A DNA stretch of 64,000 nucleotides from an uncultured bacterium (GCA_963738145.1 CAVTVH010000001.1:569011-633010), one strand, 5' to 3'; positions 38,672-48,341 are shown, numbered from the stretch's first letter. Notes: a model not told the origin generated them from the letters alone. Numbers and translations: made by a program.

Positions 38672-39178
38672 CTACTTCAAATCAGGAAAGAACAGAGCTA
38701 GTTCAGTTCTAGCAGTTTCAGGGGCATCAGAACCATGCGTAGCATTATTGCCGATGTTAGCGCCAAATCGTTTACGTATGGTGCCTTCAGCTGCTTTTTG
38801 TGGATCAGTTGCTCCCATCAAATCGCGCCAGCCTTTTATAGCATTCTCTTTTTCAAGAGCCATAACGATAACGGGACCAGATGTAATAAAATCTACAAGT
38901 TCATTGAAGAAAGGTTTTTCTTTATGGACGCCATAAAAACGCTGAGCTTTTTCTTTTGGAATTTCTATTTTTTCCATGCGTATAATAGTAAAGCCATTGT
39001 TTTCTATAGCATCAATAATTTTACCACTGTTCTTTGCTTTAATGGCATCTGGTTTAATAATTGCAAAGGTACGTTCCATGGTAGATCCTTTACCAAATCT
39101 TTTTTTCATAACGAGCCAAAGAGTAGCAGCCACTAAGGCTGCTACTCCCACTACTATCAAGAGTGATTTGCTATTCAT
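38672..39178 (-). CDS. ndk: nucleoside diphosphate kinase with an N-terminal hydrophobic anchor or signal
   Basis: ERTFAIIKPDA, FYGVHKEKPFF, GPVIVMALE and NATHGSD (active-site His). Preceded by MNSKSLLIVVGVAALVAATLWLV. The start overlaps the rpsA stop by 8 nt (ATGAATAG). Confidence 0.85.
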   Translation of the reverse strand: MNSKSLLIVVGVAALVAATLWLVMKKRFGKGSTMERTFAIIKPDAIKAKNSGKIIDAIENNGFTIIRMEKIEIPKEKAQRFYGVHKEKPFFNELVDFITSGPVIVMALEKENAIKGWRDLMGATDPQKAAEGTIRKRFGANIGNNATHGSDAPETARTELALFFPDLK

Positions 39179-41000
39179 TATCGTTTGACTCCTGCTTACG
39201 TGCAGCATGCTTTTCCAATTCTAATTGGAGCATGCTCTTTGCTTTAGGTGTTTGCGCTTGTTGGTGTTGGGCAGGCTTTTCACGTTTAACGCGAGGCTCT
39301 GCATGAGCAGATTCAGCTCTAGGCTCTTTAGCTTCTTTTACTCTCGGAGTTGATTGTGTCTTGAGGCTTAAGCCGAGTTTACGATCATTCTTATTCACGT
39401 TGATCACTTTGAATTGCATCTTTTGACCAACTTTAAGAATGTCTTCTACCTTTTCGACGTTTTGATCGGATAGTTCAGAAATATGAACTAAACCTTCAAT
39501 GCCGTTAGGTAACTTGATAAATGCACCAAAGTTGGTGATCTTAGAAACTTCGCCTTCAACAAAAGAACTAACAGGATATTCTTGTTCGATAAGCTCCCAT
39601 GGATCTTTGCTTAACTGCTTAATGCCTAACGATACCTTTTTGCTATCTTTGTCGATATTTAAAACTATAGCTTCGACTTCTTGGCCTTTTTTATAAATAT
39701 CGCTTGGATGATCAATATGCTCAGTCCAAGAAAGATCAGAAATATGGACAAGACCGTCAATACCTGGCATCAGCTGTACAAAGACACCAAAATCGGTGAT
39801 GTTGCTGACGGTTCCCTTGATTTTTTCACCAATCTTAAACTGCTGATCGATAGCTTCCCAAGGGTTTTTCTCGAGTTGTTTGATACTGAGAGACATTCTG
39901 CGATTTGTAGGATCAACAGAAACGACAAGTACTTCAATTTCATCGCCAACGCGGAACTTTTTCGATAGATCTGTAATGCGATCAGTCCACGAGATTTCAG
40001 AAATATGTACTAATCCCTCAACACCTTTTTCTACTTCAACAAACAAGCCGTAATCGGTAATGCTTGAGATTCTACCTTTAACGCGAGAACCAACTTTGAG
40101 TTTGTCGTTGATTTTTTCCCAAGGATTGCCAGAAAGCTGCTTGAGACCAAGTGATATTTTTTCGTGGTCTTTATCAAATGAAAGTACTTTTACGGTAATG
40201 GTTTCGCCAATGCGTACCATTTCGCTTGGATGGGAAATGCGTCCCCATGTCATATCAGTGATATGGAGCAAGCCATCTACGCCACCAACATCAATGAATA
40301 CGCCATAATTGGTAATATTTTTGACGACACCTTGTATGACTTGGTTTTCTTTGAGAGTATCCAATATCTTTTGGCGAACTTCTGAGCGTTGATCTGCCAA
40401 TTGTTTACGGCGAGATATGATAACATTACCTCGTTTTCTATTAACTTTTATGATACGGGCAGAAATTTGTTGCCCAACATATTGGTCAAAGTCGGTAACA
40501 CGTTGCAAATCAATCTGTGATCCTGGTAAAAAGGCAGGGATCCCAATATCGACGTTAAGGCCACCCTTAACTTTATGGGTAACGATACCTTCAACAGCTT
40601 TATCTTCTTCGAATAATTTAAGGACGGTATCCCAGGCTTTAAGGGCTTTAGCTTTTTCATACGAAAGGACAACATTGCCTTCCATGCTTTCCAGCTGATC
40701 AAGGATAACTTCAATTTCATCACCTTTTTTCAGGTGTGATAAATCGTGAGGTGAAAATTCATATTTAGGAATAAGGCCATCTGATTTGTAGTTGATATCA
40801 ACTACAACGCCATCGTTATCGATAGCAACGACGATGCCTTTGATAAGTTTTCCTGGTTGCATCTTTTCGAGCATGCCGCTATAAAGGCTGGCGAGTTCTG
40901 ATTTTTGCTGATCATTGAGCGTGAGTTCGGTTTCTCGGGCTGCGAGTAACGCTGGATCAGCTTTTGCAAATTGCGAGGGGCGTACAACTTCTTTTGACAT
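39171..41000 (-). CDS. rpsA: 30S ribosomal protein S1
   Basis: 609 aa with six S1 repeats (G.V..I..GV.VD.. GL.HIS..) and a basic C-terminal tail. Confidence 0.92.
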   Translation of the reverse strand: MSKEVVRPSQFAKADPALLAARETELTLNDQQKSELASLYSGMLEKMQPGKLIKGIVVAIDNDGVVVDINYKSDGLIPKYEFSPHDLSHLKKGDEIEVILDQLESMEGNVVLSYEKAKALKAWDTVLKLFEEDKAVEGIVTHKVKGGLNVDIGIPAFLPGSQIDLQRVTDFDQYVGQQISARIIKVNRKRGNVIISRRKQLADQRSEVRQKILDTLKENQVIQGVVKNITNYGVFIDVGGVDGLLHITDMTWGRISHPSEMVRIGETITVKVLSFDKDHEKISLGLKQLSGNPWEKINDKLKVGSRVKGRISSITDYGLFVEVEKGVEGLVHISEISWTDRITDLSKKFRVGDEIEVLVVSVDPTNRRMSLSIKQLEKNPWEAIDQQFKIGEKIKGTVSNITDFGVFVQLMPGIDGLVHISDLSWTEHIDHPSDIYKKGQEVEAIVLNIDKDSKKVSLGIKQLSKDPWELIEQEYPVSSFVEGEVSKITNFGAFIKLPNGIEGLVHISELSDQNVEKVEDILKVGQKMQFKVINVNKNDRKLGLSLKTQSTPRVKEAKEPRAESAHAEPRVKREKPAQHQQAQTPKAKSMLQLELEKHAARKQESNDNE

Positions 41001-41034
41001 GAAAACTCCGTTAAGGTCGGCCTCTTGTATAAAA

Positions 41035-41116
41035 AGAGGGTTAAAAGTGAATAATAAGGAATAAACTACAGATCTTTAGTATATAAAAAAGGGATATTTA
41101 CTCAAATGATATCATA
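41035..41116. repeat. ~80-nt intergenic repeat, copy 1 (rpsA upstream region)
   Basis: About 85 percent identical by eye to 42190-42272. On the minus strand it contains TTGAGT, a 16-nt spacer and TATACT (41105-41078). Confidence 0.8.
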
Positions 41117-42167
41117 AGGTCGGCTTCTCTAGGGTTGCTATAACATTACTATGTGCATCGCGTGTAAATATATAAGAAACAAACCCCAGCTCTGTATAAG
41201 GGTGTCCAGCCGGTTTTTTATAAACGGTTGCTTTACGCGTTATTAAGCAAGAACCACCAACCATCCCCAGTTCAGGTAAACCTTCATCTCTAAAAGATAC
41301 AAAATAATCAGAGCCCGCAAGACTATGAAGTTTGTCGTGATTATCAATAATATTAATTGTATTAGGGATGCTTAATTCTTCCTGACTGAAGCTAGAAAAA
41401 CTATCGCTGGAAGAGCTGCTAGATGAACTGCTTGAGGAAGACGATGAGGTTGAGCTTGTAGGAGATTGTTTGGCAGCACTGAGGAGCATAAGGTTGATAC
41501 TTAAAGCTCCAGCTAGTCGCGTTGCTGTGCTCATTATCCTTTTTGTTGCGTTATAGACGGGATAATGGGCGGCAGGCCAACTTGTAATTTTATAAAGAAA
41601 ATATGCTAAAGGGCCACCCTTCCTTAAGTATGAATCAGGAGCCGCCTTTTGATGAATTGCTGCTGTACATTCAATAGAGACCTCTTCGTGGCCCTTTTTA
41701 TAAATGTACTCTTGATCACGAAGCTTGCACCTACGATCTTCATCACAACCCCAATACACCTGAGGAATATTCTCAAATCGCACAAGATAATCATAACCGG
41801 TAGGTGTACACAAATATTCGTGCCCAATCCTGTGTATATTAGGCCCGTCAAAAGACGTAGCGAGAGTCATATCTATGGTGGCGGGAGGGGTTAATATTTT
41901 TAGAATTAAGCTTTCTAGCATTGAAGTTGAAGAACTGCTACTCGATGAGCTGCTCGTTGCTAATCGACAAGAACATGATGACGAGCAAGAACTTGATGAA
42001 CTACAGGAAGATGAAGACAAGCTGCTGCTTGAAGAGGAAGAAGTTGAGCTTGTGGATGACTGATTTTTTTGCTCTTGTGCCCTTTTATCTTGATCCGCAC
42101 CGAGCGTACTAGTTGGCATGCAGAGAATAATCATACACAAGCTAAGAAAAGATTTTGGTGTGGTCAT
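41112..42167 (-). CDS. secreted protein with two poly-Ser tracts
   Basis: Signal peptide, then STSSTSSSSSSSLSSSSCSSSSS.. and SSTSSSSSSSSSSSSSSDS tracts flanking two globular segments. Confidence 0.45.
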   Translation of the reverse strand: MTTPKSFLSLCMIILCMPTSTLGADQDKRAQEQKNQSSTSSTSSSSSSSLSSSSCSSSSSCSSSCSCRLATSSSSSSSSSTSMLESLILKILTPPATIDMTLATSFDGPNIHRIGHEYLCTPTGYDYLVRFENIPQVYWGCDEDRRCKLRDQEYIYKKGHEEVSIECTAAIHQKAAPDSYLRKGGPLAYFLYKITSWPAAHYPVYNATKRIMSTATRLAGALSINLMLLSAAKQSPTSSTSSSSSSSSSSSSSSDSFSSFSQEELSIPNTINIIDNHDKLHSLAGSDYFVSFRDEGLPELGMVGGSCLITRKATVYKKPAGHPYTELGFVSYIFTRDAHSNVIATLEKPTL

Positions 42168-42189
42168 AGAAGAATATCCTGTACAAGAA

Positions 42190-42272
42190 AGAGGGTTAAA
42201 GTAGTGAATAATGAGGATAAATACAGATCTTTAGTATATAAAAAAGGAGTTACTTACTCAAATTTTAATCAT
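42190..42272. repeat. ~80-nt intergenic repeat, copy 2 (upstream of the poly-Ser gene)
   Basis: Paralogue of 41035-41116. On the minus strand it contains TTGAGT, a 17-nt spacer and TATACT (42261-42233). Confidence 0.8.
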
Positions 42273-43102
42273 AGCCGTGTTGTTTCTCCGGTTGCCCTAT
42301 TATAGGTGGCGCTGTAGAGATAAGTAGGGGTGCCATCTTGAGGGGCGCTATAAATGTTAACACGAACCAAAACTGACTTTGATTTGATTATAGCGTCGAG
42401 GGCAGCGGGATTCTGGTCTGATAAGCCAGCAAGGTGATTGCCTGATTCGCTGTGACTCAGCAGAACTATCGATGATCCTATACTTGCCACGCTTAAAAGG
42501 CTGCTGGCAGCGGCGGTGGTGCTATCGAGGTTTGGAAGAGGAACTATCGCTCCAAATGTTGGTCCGGGGCCACGGCGTGCTGCAAGTAATCGTGCGTGCG
42601 CGGAAGTTGTGGGAGGCTTGTGCGGTCTTGGTAGCAGTTGTTCTGCGAGTACTGGAGCCCCGTGAAATAGAGGCGATGGAGAAGAGCCTACCAGCGAGGT
42701 AGATGAAGGAGCAGAAGACGAACAATCTGGCGATGGCGGCGTACCAAGAGGGCCCGATGATGGTGGGAGCGATGCAGGCAAAGTAGGCGGTGGAATGTCG
42801 ATGCGGGCATGGTTATGTTTTGTCGGAGCTGGCGTTGGTGGTTTTGGTGACGGAGTGGGGGGATGAGAGGGATATGTAGGCCTGTGAAGAAAAAGAGCAA
42901 GACCCACACATGCTCCCGCGCAGAGCGTGATGGTGCCTTTATTGCGGTACACCCATTTGCCGAAACTTTGTAAGTGTGGTGCTAGGCGCGCTGGTTGAGC
43001 TGTCTGTGTAGAAGCAGTGTCCGCTGGTATGCCAGCAGACACTGTAGGTGTTAGGACTATAGAACATATGAGAGCGAGAGATGTTAGAAGCCTATCTATC
43101 AT
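42269..43102 (-). CDS. secreted or anchored Pro/Ser-rich protein
   Basis: Signal peptide, W-x-Y/W-R-N-K motif followed by a TM helix, a long Pro/Ser-rich region and a short C-terminal globular part. Confidence 0.4.
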   Translation of the reverse strand: MIDRLLTSLALICSIVLTPTVSAGIPADTASTQTAQPARLAPHLQSFGKWVYRNKGTITLCAGACVGLALFLHRPTYPSHPPTPSPKPPTPAPTKHNHARIDIPPPTLPASLPPSSGPLGTPPSPDCSSSAPSSTSLVGSSPSPLFHGAPVLAEQLLPRPHKPPTTSAHARLLAARRGPGPTFGAIVPLPNLDSTTAAASSLLSVASIGSSIVLLSHSESGNHLAGLSDQNPAALDAIIKSKSVLVRVNIYSAPQDGTPTYLYSATYNRATGETTRL

Positions 43103-43111
43103 AAGATGCTT

Positions 43112-43765
43112 TTATACTTTTACAGGTTCGTTGAGTGTTGGATATACGCCGCTCCAATTGTATTGCGCAAGCCCGACAAGTCTGTAAATGGATAGAGGAG
43201 TGTTTGAGCTGACTGCAATTCCAGGAGCAATAACTGCTATTATACCATGTTCCGATGTGTAATAAGCAACAGGCGGTACCTTGTTGGCATTAATTGTAGC
43301 AGGGAAAGAACTTGATCCTGATGCAGAAGAAAGTTCTGGATACAGGCCCGAAGAAGGCTGCGATGTTGATGATGAGTTGCTTGGTGATTTCGGACTCGAT
43401 ACGCAAGAGTTAGAAGAATATGAAGAACTTGAAGAAGACGCTGGTACGGTTGGTGTCCATCCAGAAGGCATAACTAGAGGATTGAGTCTATCTGCTACCG
43501 AGTTAGCACGGCGTGCTGCACCGCGAGCAAGAGTTGCCGTCCTTTTTTGTAGATAGGTGGTCGCTGCTGTGGATCGTGATGTTGGATTAAAATAATAGGC
43601 GACCGCAATAGCAGTAGCTGTTCCTATATATACTTTATTTCTCCACAGGAATTCACCGGCACGGCGCGCCATGGATTTTTTTGGTGTGATTGGTGTAGCG
43701 TAAAAAGCTATGGGCAGACACAGGGCTAAGATGAATGCATTAAATTTTTTTGAGGTCAGTAACAT
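43112..43765 (-). CDS. secreted or anchored Ser-rich protein (same architecture)
   Basis: Signal peptide, FLWRNKVYIGTATAIAVAYYF, a Ser-rich linker and a C-terminal globular part. Lies 9 nt from the next gene. Confidence 0.4.
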   Translation of the reverse strand: MLLTSKKFNAFILALCLPIAFYATPITPKKSMARRAGEFLWRNKVYIGTATAIAVAYYFNPTSRSTAATTYLQKRTATLARGAARRANSVADRLNPLVMPSGWTPTVPASSSSSSYSSNSCVSSPKSPSNSSSTSQPSSGLYPELSSASGSSSFPATINANKVPPVAYYTSEHGIIAVIAPGIAVSSNTPLSIYRLVGLAQYNWSGVYPTLNEPVKV

Positions 43766-43780
43766 TGTCTAATCCTTTGT

Positions 43781-44557
43781 TTATTTACGAGTTCCGTCAG
43801 AGTTATACGAGGTAAAACCAACACTAGCGCCAGCTCGGATGATAGGTCCTTCAGTGTCTAACTCTGCTTTCGTAGAATCTGTATAGGGGTGATCGGCATC
43901 TATCGCAGTTGGTACTGGTGGATTGTTAGAATTTACGGATTCATAAAATTCTACGCCCATAGATGCACCCAGTTGATTCATTGAGAATAAATGATTTCCA
44001 GACGGAGTTCTGTGTAAAAGATGATTGTTTGATGTATGTCTTACGGCTACAGCCGAGCCTCCTATGCAATTTAGTACGGGCTTCGCACTCAGATCGAGTC
44101 TTACGGGCTTAGGCCATGCTGGATTTGAAGGGCCTCCAGAGGAGCGTGATGAACTCAATGAAGAACTATGCGATGAACTCGAAGAGGAGTGAGGTTTAGA
44201 AGAACTAGATGATGATGGGCAGTCATGAGGTGATTCTGCAAAACTCTTTGAAGATTGCTCAGAACTGCTCGATGGAGATGCTGACGACGAAGGTAAACGA
44301 GGTTGGAGCGCAGAACGAGCCACGCGAGCTCTGATCCTTTGTCCTCGTGGCGATTGCGCCTGATCTACGGCGACCGCTATCACAGCTGCTGCACAGACTA
44401 GATTTTGGAGAGTCATACGTTCCCAAAGGTAGTGGCGCCATGTTGTCTTTTTATCCTGTTTGGCGTGCCCATGGCTGGCCTCAAGAGATGGGGCAACCGA
44501 TCCTAGCATTATGCAGAGAGCAAGTGCCGTGAGTGATATATTTTTTAACATTAACAA
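43781..44557 (-). CDS. secreted or anchored Ser-rich protein (same architecture)
   Basis: Signal peptide, YLWERMTLQNLVCAAAVIAVAV, a Ser-rich linker and a C-terminal globular part. Confidence 0.4.
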   Translation of the reverse strand: MLMLKNISLTALALCIMLGSVAPSLEASHGHAKQDKKTTWRHYLWERMTLQNLVCAAAVIAVAVDQAQSPRGQRIRARVARSALQPRLPSSSASPSSSSEQSSKSFAESPHDCPSSSSSSKPHSSSSSSHSSSLSSSRSSGGPSNPAWPKPVRLDLSAKPVLNCIGGSAVAVRHTSNNHLLHRTPSGNHLFSMNQLGASMGVEFYESVNSNNPPVPTAIDADHPYTDSTKAELDTEGPIIRAGASVGFTSYNSDGTRK

Positions 44558-44656
44558 CTCCTGTTAAACGATTTATGGACGCAAAAACATGAAGAGTATA
44601 GCGCATTTTATGCGGTAAGCAAAAATAATTTGTGATTCCCTCTGGGGAGGGTGGTT

Positions 44657-44685
44657 TTGACAATGAGTAATAATTAAACTATTAT
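44657..44685 (+). promoter_or_regulatory. candidate sigma70 promoter for the DEAD-box helicase gene
   Basis: TTGACA, 17-nt spacer, TATTAT. This leaves a ~115-nt 5' leader. Confidence 0.5.
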
Positions 44686-44803
44686 GAATAGATCAGAATA
44701 GTTTTCTGATTTGATAGTAACAATTCTTATTTATGATGTGCTTGTATGGGTTAGCGGTAAGGTTCATTTCATACGGGCATATAAAACCAATTAGGTGGCC
44801 CTT

Positions 44804-46498
44804 ATGAAAGATTCGATGAATAGTACCAGTATCCCCTCTTTTAAAGATTTTCCTTTAGCCCCCCAAATCCTAGAAAATTTAGCCCAGGTGGGTATAGAAA
44901 ACCCAACACAGATACAAATCAAGGCATTAGAACACCTTCTTGCCGATGTCAAAGTGGATTTCCACGGCCAGGCCCAAACAGGGACTGGTAAAACATTAGC
45001 CTTTGGCCTTCCCCTATTCCAATCAATTGATCGCACTGTAAGGCCACCACAAGCACTCATTGTGGCTCCAACACGGGAACTCGTTGTACAAATTTGCGAC
45101 AGTCTTAGAGCCGTAGCAAAAGGGCTTGGTATTATTATTGAGCCAGTCTATGGTGGTGTCTCTATAGAACAGCAGCTGCGTGTATTAAGGAAGGGCGTCC
45201 ACATTGTTGTTGGTACTCCGGGGCGTCTCAATGACCATTTGCGCCGCAAAAGCCTTGCAATTGCCCATTTAAAAACATTGGTGCTTGATGAAGCAGATAT
45301 TATGCTTGATATGGGATTCAAAGAAGAAATTGATGAGATTTTGACCTACGCCAGCAAAGATCGCCAAATTTGGCTCTTTTCTGCAACCGTAAAACCAGGG
45401 ATTCGAGATCTTAAAGAGCGCCACATGAAAGATCCTATTACAGTCAAAGTGGCAGCAAAAGCATTAACTGTAGCTTCTACAAAACAATATTATTGTGTGG
45501 TTCCTCGCCGCTTGCGCCTTGGTGCGCTTGTTCGGTTTATAGAGGGAGCAGCTCAAGATTTTTATGGCGTGATATTTTGTCAAACTAAGATACTTGCCGA
45601 TGAAGTAGCTCAATCCTTAAATGATTTTGGCTACGGCGTAAAAGCCTTGCATGGTGATATGAGCCAGGCTGTACGTAATAAAGCAATCAAAGAATTCAAA
45701 GAAAAAAGATTTACCATTTTGGTAGCAACTGATGTAGCAGCGCGTGGCCTTGATATTGCTAATCTGACGCACGTTGTTAACTACTGTTTACCAGAAGATC
45801 AAGAAAGCTATGTCCATCGCATTGGCCGTACGGGACGAGCTGGGAAAGAAGGCGTGGCAATTACCTTGGTCAATCCGAGTGAGCTGCGTAGATTGCAGCA
45901 GATGGCCACACGTTTCCAGGCGGACATTATACAACTTACTATTCCCGATTGCACATCTATAACACAACAGCGTTTGGAAAAGGCAGCGGCAAATCTCGAT
46001 GCTCTGCTAGCAAAACCAGTTGATAAACACGCATGCTCACAACAATTGTATGCATTGTTGCAACAACGTTCACCGCAAGATTTGGTGAATGGTTTATATC
46101 ATATGTTGAGCCAGTCTGTGCTCAACAGTTGTGCTCAACAGCAAGAACTTGAAAAAGCGTCATTCAACTCTGAAAGATCTTCTTCTTCTTCCTACGACCG
46201 TGGCGGTGATCGCGGCGATCGTGGGGGCTATCGCGGCCGTCGAGATTATGGCAATCGCGATGGTAATCAACAAGAAATTATGTTCAACGTCGGTCTTGAC
46301 GATGGGATAACAAAACAAGATCTCCTAGCGCACGTACAACTGGCACAATCACTTAAAGGTGAGCGTGTTGGCCGCGTGCATGTCATTAACCGTCGTAGCT
46401 TTGTTACGGTCCCACCGCATATTGCTCAGCCGTTACAGCGGGAGCTTAATGGTAAGCCGTTGCAGGGCAAACAGGTCCGCGTGACCATGTCGTCGTAA
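44804..46498 (+). CDS. deaD: DEAD-box ATP-dependent RNA helicase with RGG-rich linker and DbpA-like C-terminal RNA-binding domain
   Basis: Q motif, AQTGTGKT, PTRELV, DEAD, SAT and HRIGRTGRAG. Also has SSSSYDRGGDRGDRGGYRGRRDYGNRDG and a C-terminal RBD-like segment. Confidence 0.88.
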   Translation: MKDSMNSTSIPSFKDFPLAPQILENLAQVGIENPTQIQIKALEHLLADVKVDFHGQAQTGTGKTLAFGLPLFQSIDRTVRPPQALIVAPTRELVVQICDSLRAVAKGLGIIIEPVYGGVSIEQQLRVLRKGVHIVVGTPGRLNDHLRRKSLAIAHLKTLVLDEADIMLDMGFKEEIDEILTYASKDRQIWLFSATVKPGIRDLKERHMKDPITVKVAAKALTVASTKQYYCVVPRRLRLGALVRFIEGAAQDFYGVIFCQTKILADEVAQSLNDFGYGVKALHGDMSQAVRNKAIKEFKEKRFTILVATDVAARGLDIANLTHVVNYCLPEDQESYVHRIGRTGRAGKEGVAITLVNPSELRRLQQMATRFQADIIQLTIPDCTSITQQRLEKAAANLDALLAKPVDKHACSQQLYALLQQRSPQDLVNGLYHMLSQSVLNSCAQQQELEKASFNSERSSSSSYDRGGDRGDRGGYRGRRDYGNRDGNQQEIMFNVGLDDGITKQDLLAHVQLAQSLKGERVGRVHVINRRSFVTVPPHIAQPLQRELNGKPLQGKQVRVTMSS

Positions 46499-46535
46499 AG
46501 ATCCTATCTATTCATAGTTTGTGTTTTTCGGGGTC

Positions 46536-46618
46536 ACCACCCTTCGATACGCTTACGCTACTCAGGATAAACTCCGCTTTTTTCTGGGTCCCAATCGCAA
46601 CCCTTGGGTGAGATTGGG
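46536..46618 (+). repeat. composite repeat: family B unit followed by family A hairpin
   Basis: CACCCTTCGATACGCTTACGCTACTCAGGATAAACTCCGC ... CCCAATCGCAACCCTTGGGTGAGATTGGG. Confidence 0.7.
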
Positions 46619-46632
46619 TAAGGTGTTGGGGC

Positions 46633-47490
46633 TCAAAACATCATCTCGTGTTGAATAACCGCCAGTTCTTCAGTCTGCTTTCTGTAGTAGATATCGTAGA
46701 TCAATGCTTTAAATATCATCGTGATTGTCTGCATAAAAGCACCAATGAACATGGTAAGCATTGCCGTTATAATTGCAAACGCTGTACTACTACTGACAAT
46801 TGCTAGTGAGCCAACCAAGGCAAGAGGCAGTACAATAGCAAAGCCAATAAGACTAATAATGATAGATCCAGAAATTATTTCGGCAAGGTGGTGCCGTACA
46901 ACAAAGAGTGAAGTTTTTACCGCATTAAGAATCGAACCTCGCTGTAAGGCTATGCAAGGTAGTACAAGAAATAGAGCTAACATGATGGCAATGCTCACAG
47001 CTGCGGCAATGATGATGGCTACCGTTTTTAAATTTGGTGAACTACCTTCAAAAGATGTTACAAAAAACATAGATATAATATTGGCAAGCATACACAAGAA
47101 AGCCCACTGTAGAATAATCCACCACTTAGAAGAGCTATTAGCGAAACTTGCACGGAATGTACTGCTTTGTTGGCGTAAGAACTGTGTTGCGTGAAAAATA
47201 AGAGTTACATTCGCAAAAATAATAATAAATGTCATAAACATGTTGAGTATGATAACAATCAAATAACGAGTCATTGGTGCAAATGGTAGGCCATTAACTA
47301 AGATAACAAGGTCCAGATCTTTCAAATACGCCTTATCAAGAGCAAACCACCATATGAGCGCAAAGGCACCAAGAAGGAGCCCTGTGGCAGGTATTAAAGA
47401 ATAAAAAATTAACTTTTTTTCTTTATAAAGAATATTAAAGCTGTCAATTGCCAGCTCTATGCCATGTACACATCGTTTAAACAATGTCAT
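46633..47490 (-). CDS. hypothetical polytopic membrane protein
   Basis: 285-aa ORF with about six predicted TM helices. No family recognised. Confidence 0.4.
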   Translation of the reverse strand: MTLFKRCVHGIELAIDSFNILYKEKKLIFYSLIPATGLLLGAFALIWWFALDKAYLKDLDLVILVNGLPFAPMTRYLIVIILNMFMTFIIIFANVTLIFHATQFLRQQSSTFRASFANSSSKWWIILQWAFLCMLANIISMFFVTSFEGSSPNLKTVAIIIAAAVSIAIMLALFLVLPCIALQRGSILNAVKTSLFVVRHHLAEIISGSIIISLIGFAIVLPLALVGSLAIVSSSTAFAIITAMLTMFIGAFMQTITMIFKALIYDIYYRKQTEELAVIQHEMMF

Positions 47491-47558
47491 ATCTTCTCCC
47501 TTGAATTTTTATAGTGACGAAATTCACCATAAAAAAAAGGGCATATAAAGCGCAAGAG

Positions 47559-48176
47559 TTATGTTAAATGAGAGATAATTAATTGGCTCCAACTTTCCAA
47601 CCGATCCTCATAAGTCTTGCAGGTTTCCAGAGACACGAGGGCACCACTTTCCAGCTCATCTTTAACGCATATTGCCTCGGAATTTCCTTGTAAAAGAAGC
47701 ACAAGGCCAATGTGCACCTGTCCTACGGGATTTGTATCATCATTCAGAAGGCCAAGGAGGGTTATAGTCATCGAACCACGATAATCAACTTCTTCATGGA
47801 ACTCTCGGCGCGCCCAATCAAACAAGGTAGATCCCGCTTGTAAATCCTCAGAGCGGATATGGCCGCCAATACCAAGCGTATATTTTCCTTGCAAGCGTAC
47901 TTCTGATGCTTTTGCCTTGCGCTGCATAAGAAAAAAAGAGTCACGATACTTGAAGATCATGTAAGGAATAATTTGTTTATAGGTTGGATTGGTTTCCATG
48001 AGCGAGCGTGGTCTAAATTGTTTGTGCTGTTCGATAATGGGTAGGTAATGGTTGACATCGATCTTGGCAAGTCCGTGCCACGCCGGCCGATGGGCAAAAA
48101 GTGCTGCTCGGGGAACCACAAGAATCTGTTCATCTAGATGGTGGTAATGAGATTGTTCTGTTGTTTGCATTGACAT
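47559..48176 (-). CDS. Nudix-like hydrolase (tentative)
   Basis: GIGGHIRSED...ARREFHEEV resembles a degenerate Nudix box. The overall pattern resembles YmaB-type proteins as I recall them. Confidence 0.45.
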   Translation of the reverse strand: MSMQTTEQSHYHHLDEQILVVPRAALFAHRPAWHGLAKIDVNHYLPIIEQHKQFRPRSLMETNPTYKQIIPYMIFKYRDSFFLMQRKAKASEVRLQGKYTLGIGGHIRSEDLQAGSTLFDWARREFHEEVDYRGSMTITLLGLLNDDTNPVGQVHIGLVLLLQGNSEAICVKDELESGALVSLETCKTYEDRLESWSQLIISHLT

Positions 48177-48341
48177 ATTTTTATAACCCCTTGTATGATC
48201 ATTTTACCCAAACGTTGTAAACTTCTGTAGTGTTGATAAAAAGTTGATTAATGTAAAGTTTCAAAACGTAGATGACTCGCAAGTGGTCACACATTTAAAT
48301 GAAAGGCGGAATGCAATGAAGCCTTTCAAAAAGGAGATAGT

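Noticed and set aside
41875-42112. Plus-strand acidic ORFs (EEEEVELVDD.. and similar) opposite the poly-Ser gene, with similar ORFs at 43281..43556.
   Set aside because: These are mirror-image artefacts. Runs of Ser codons (AGC/TCT/TCA) read as Glu/Asp/Leu-rich open frames on the other strand. They have no start context or homology.
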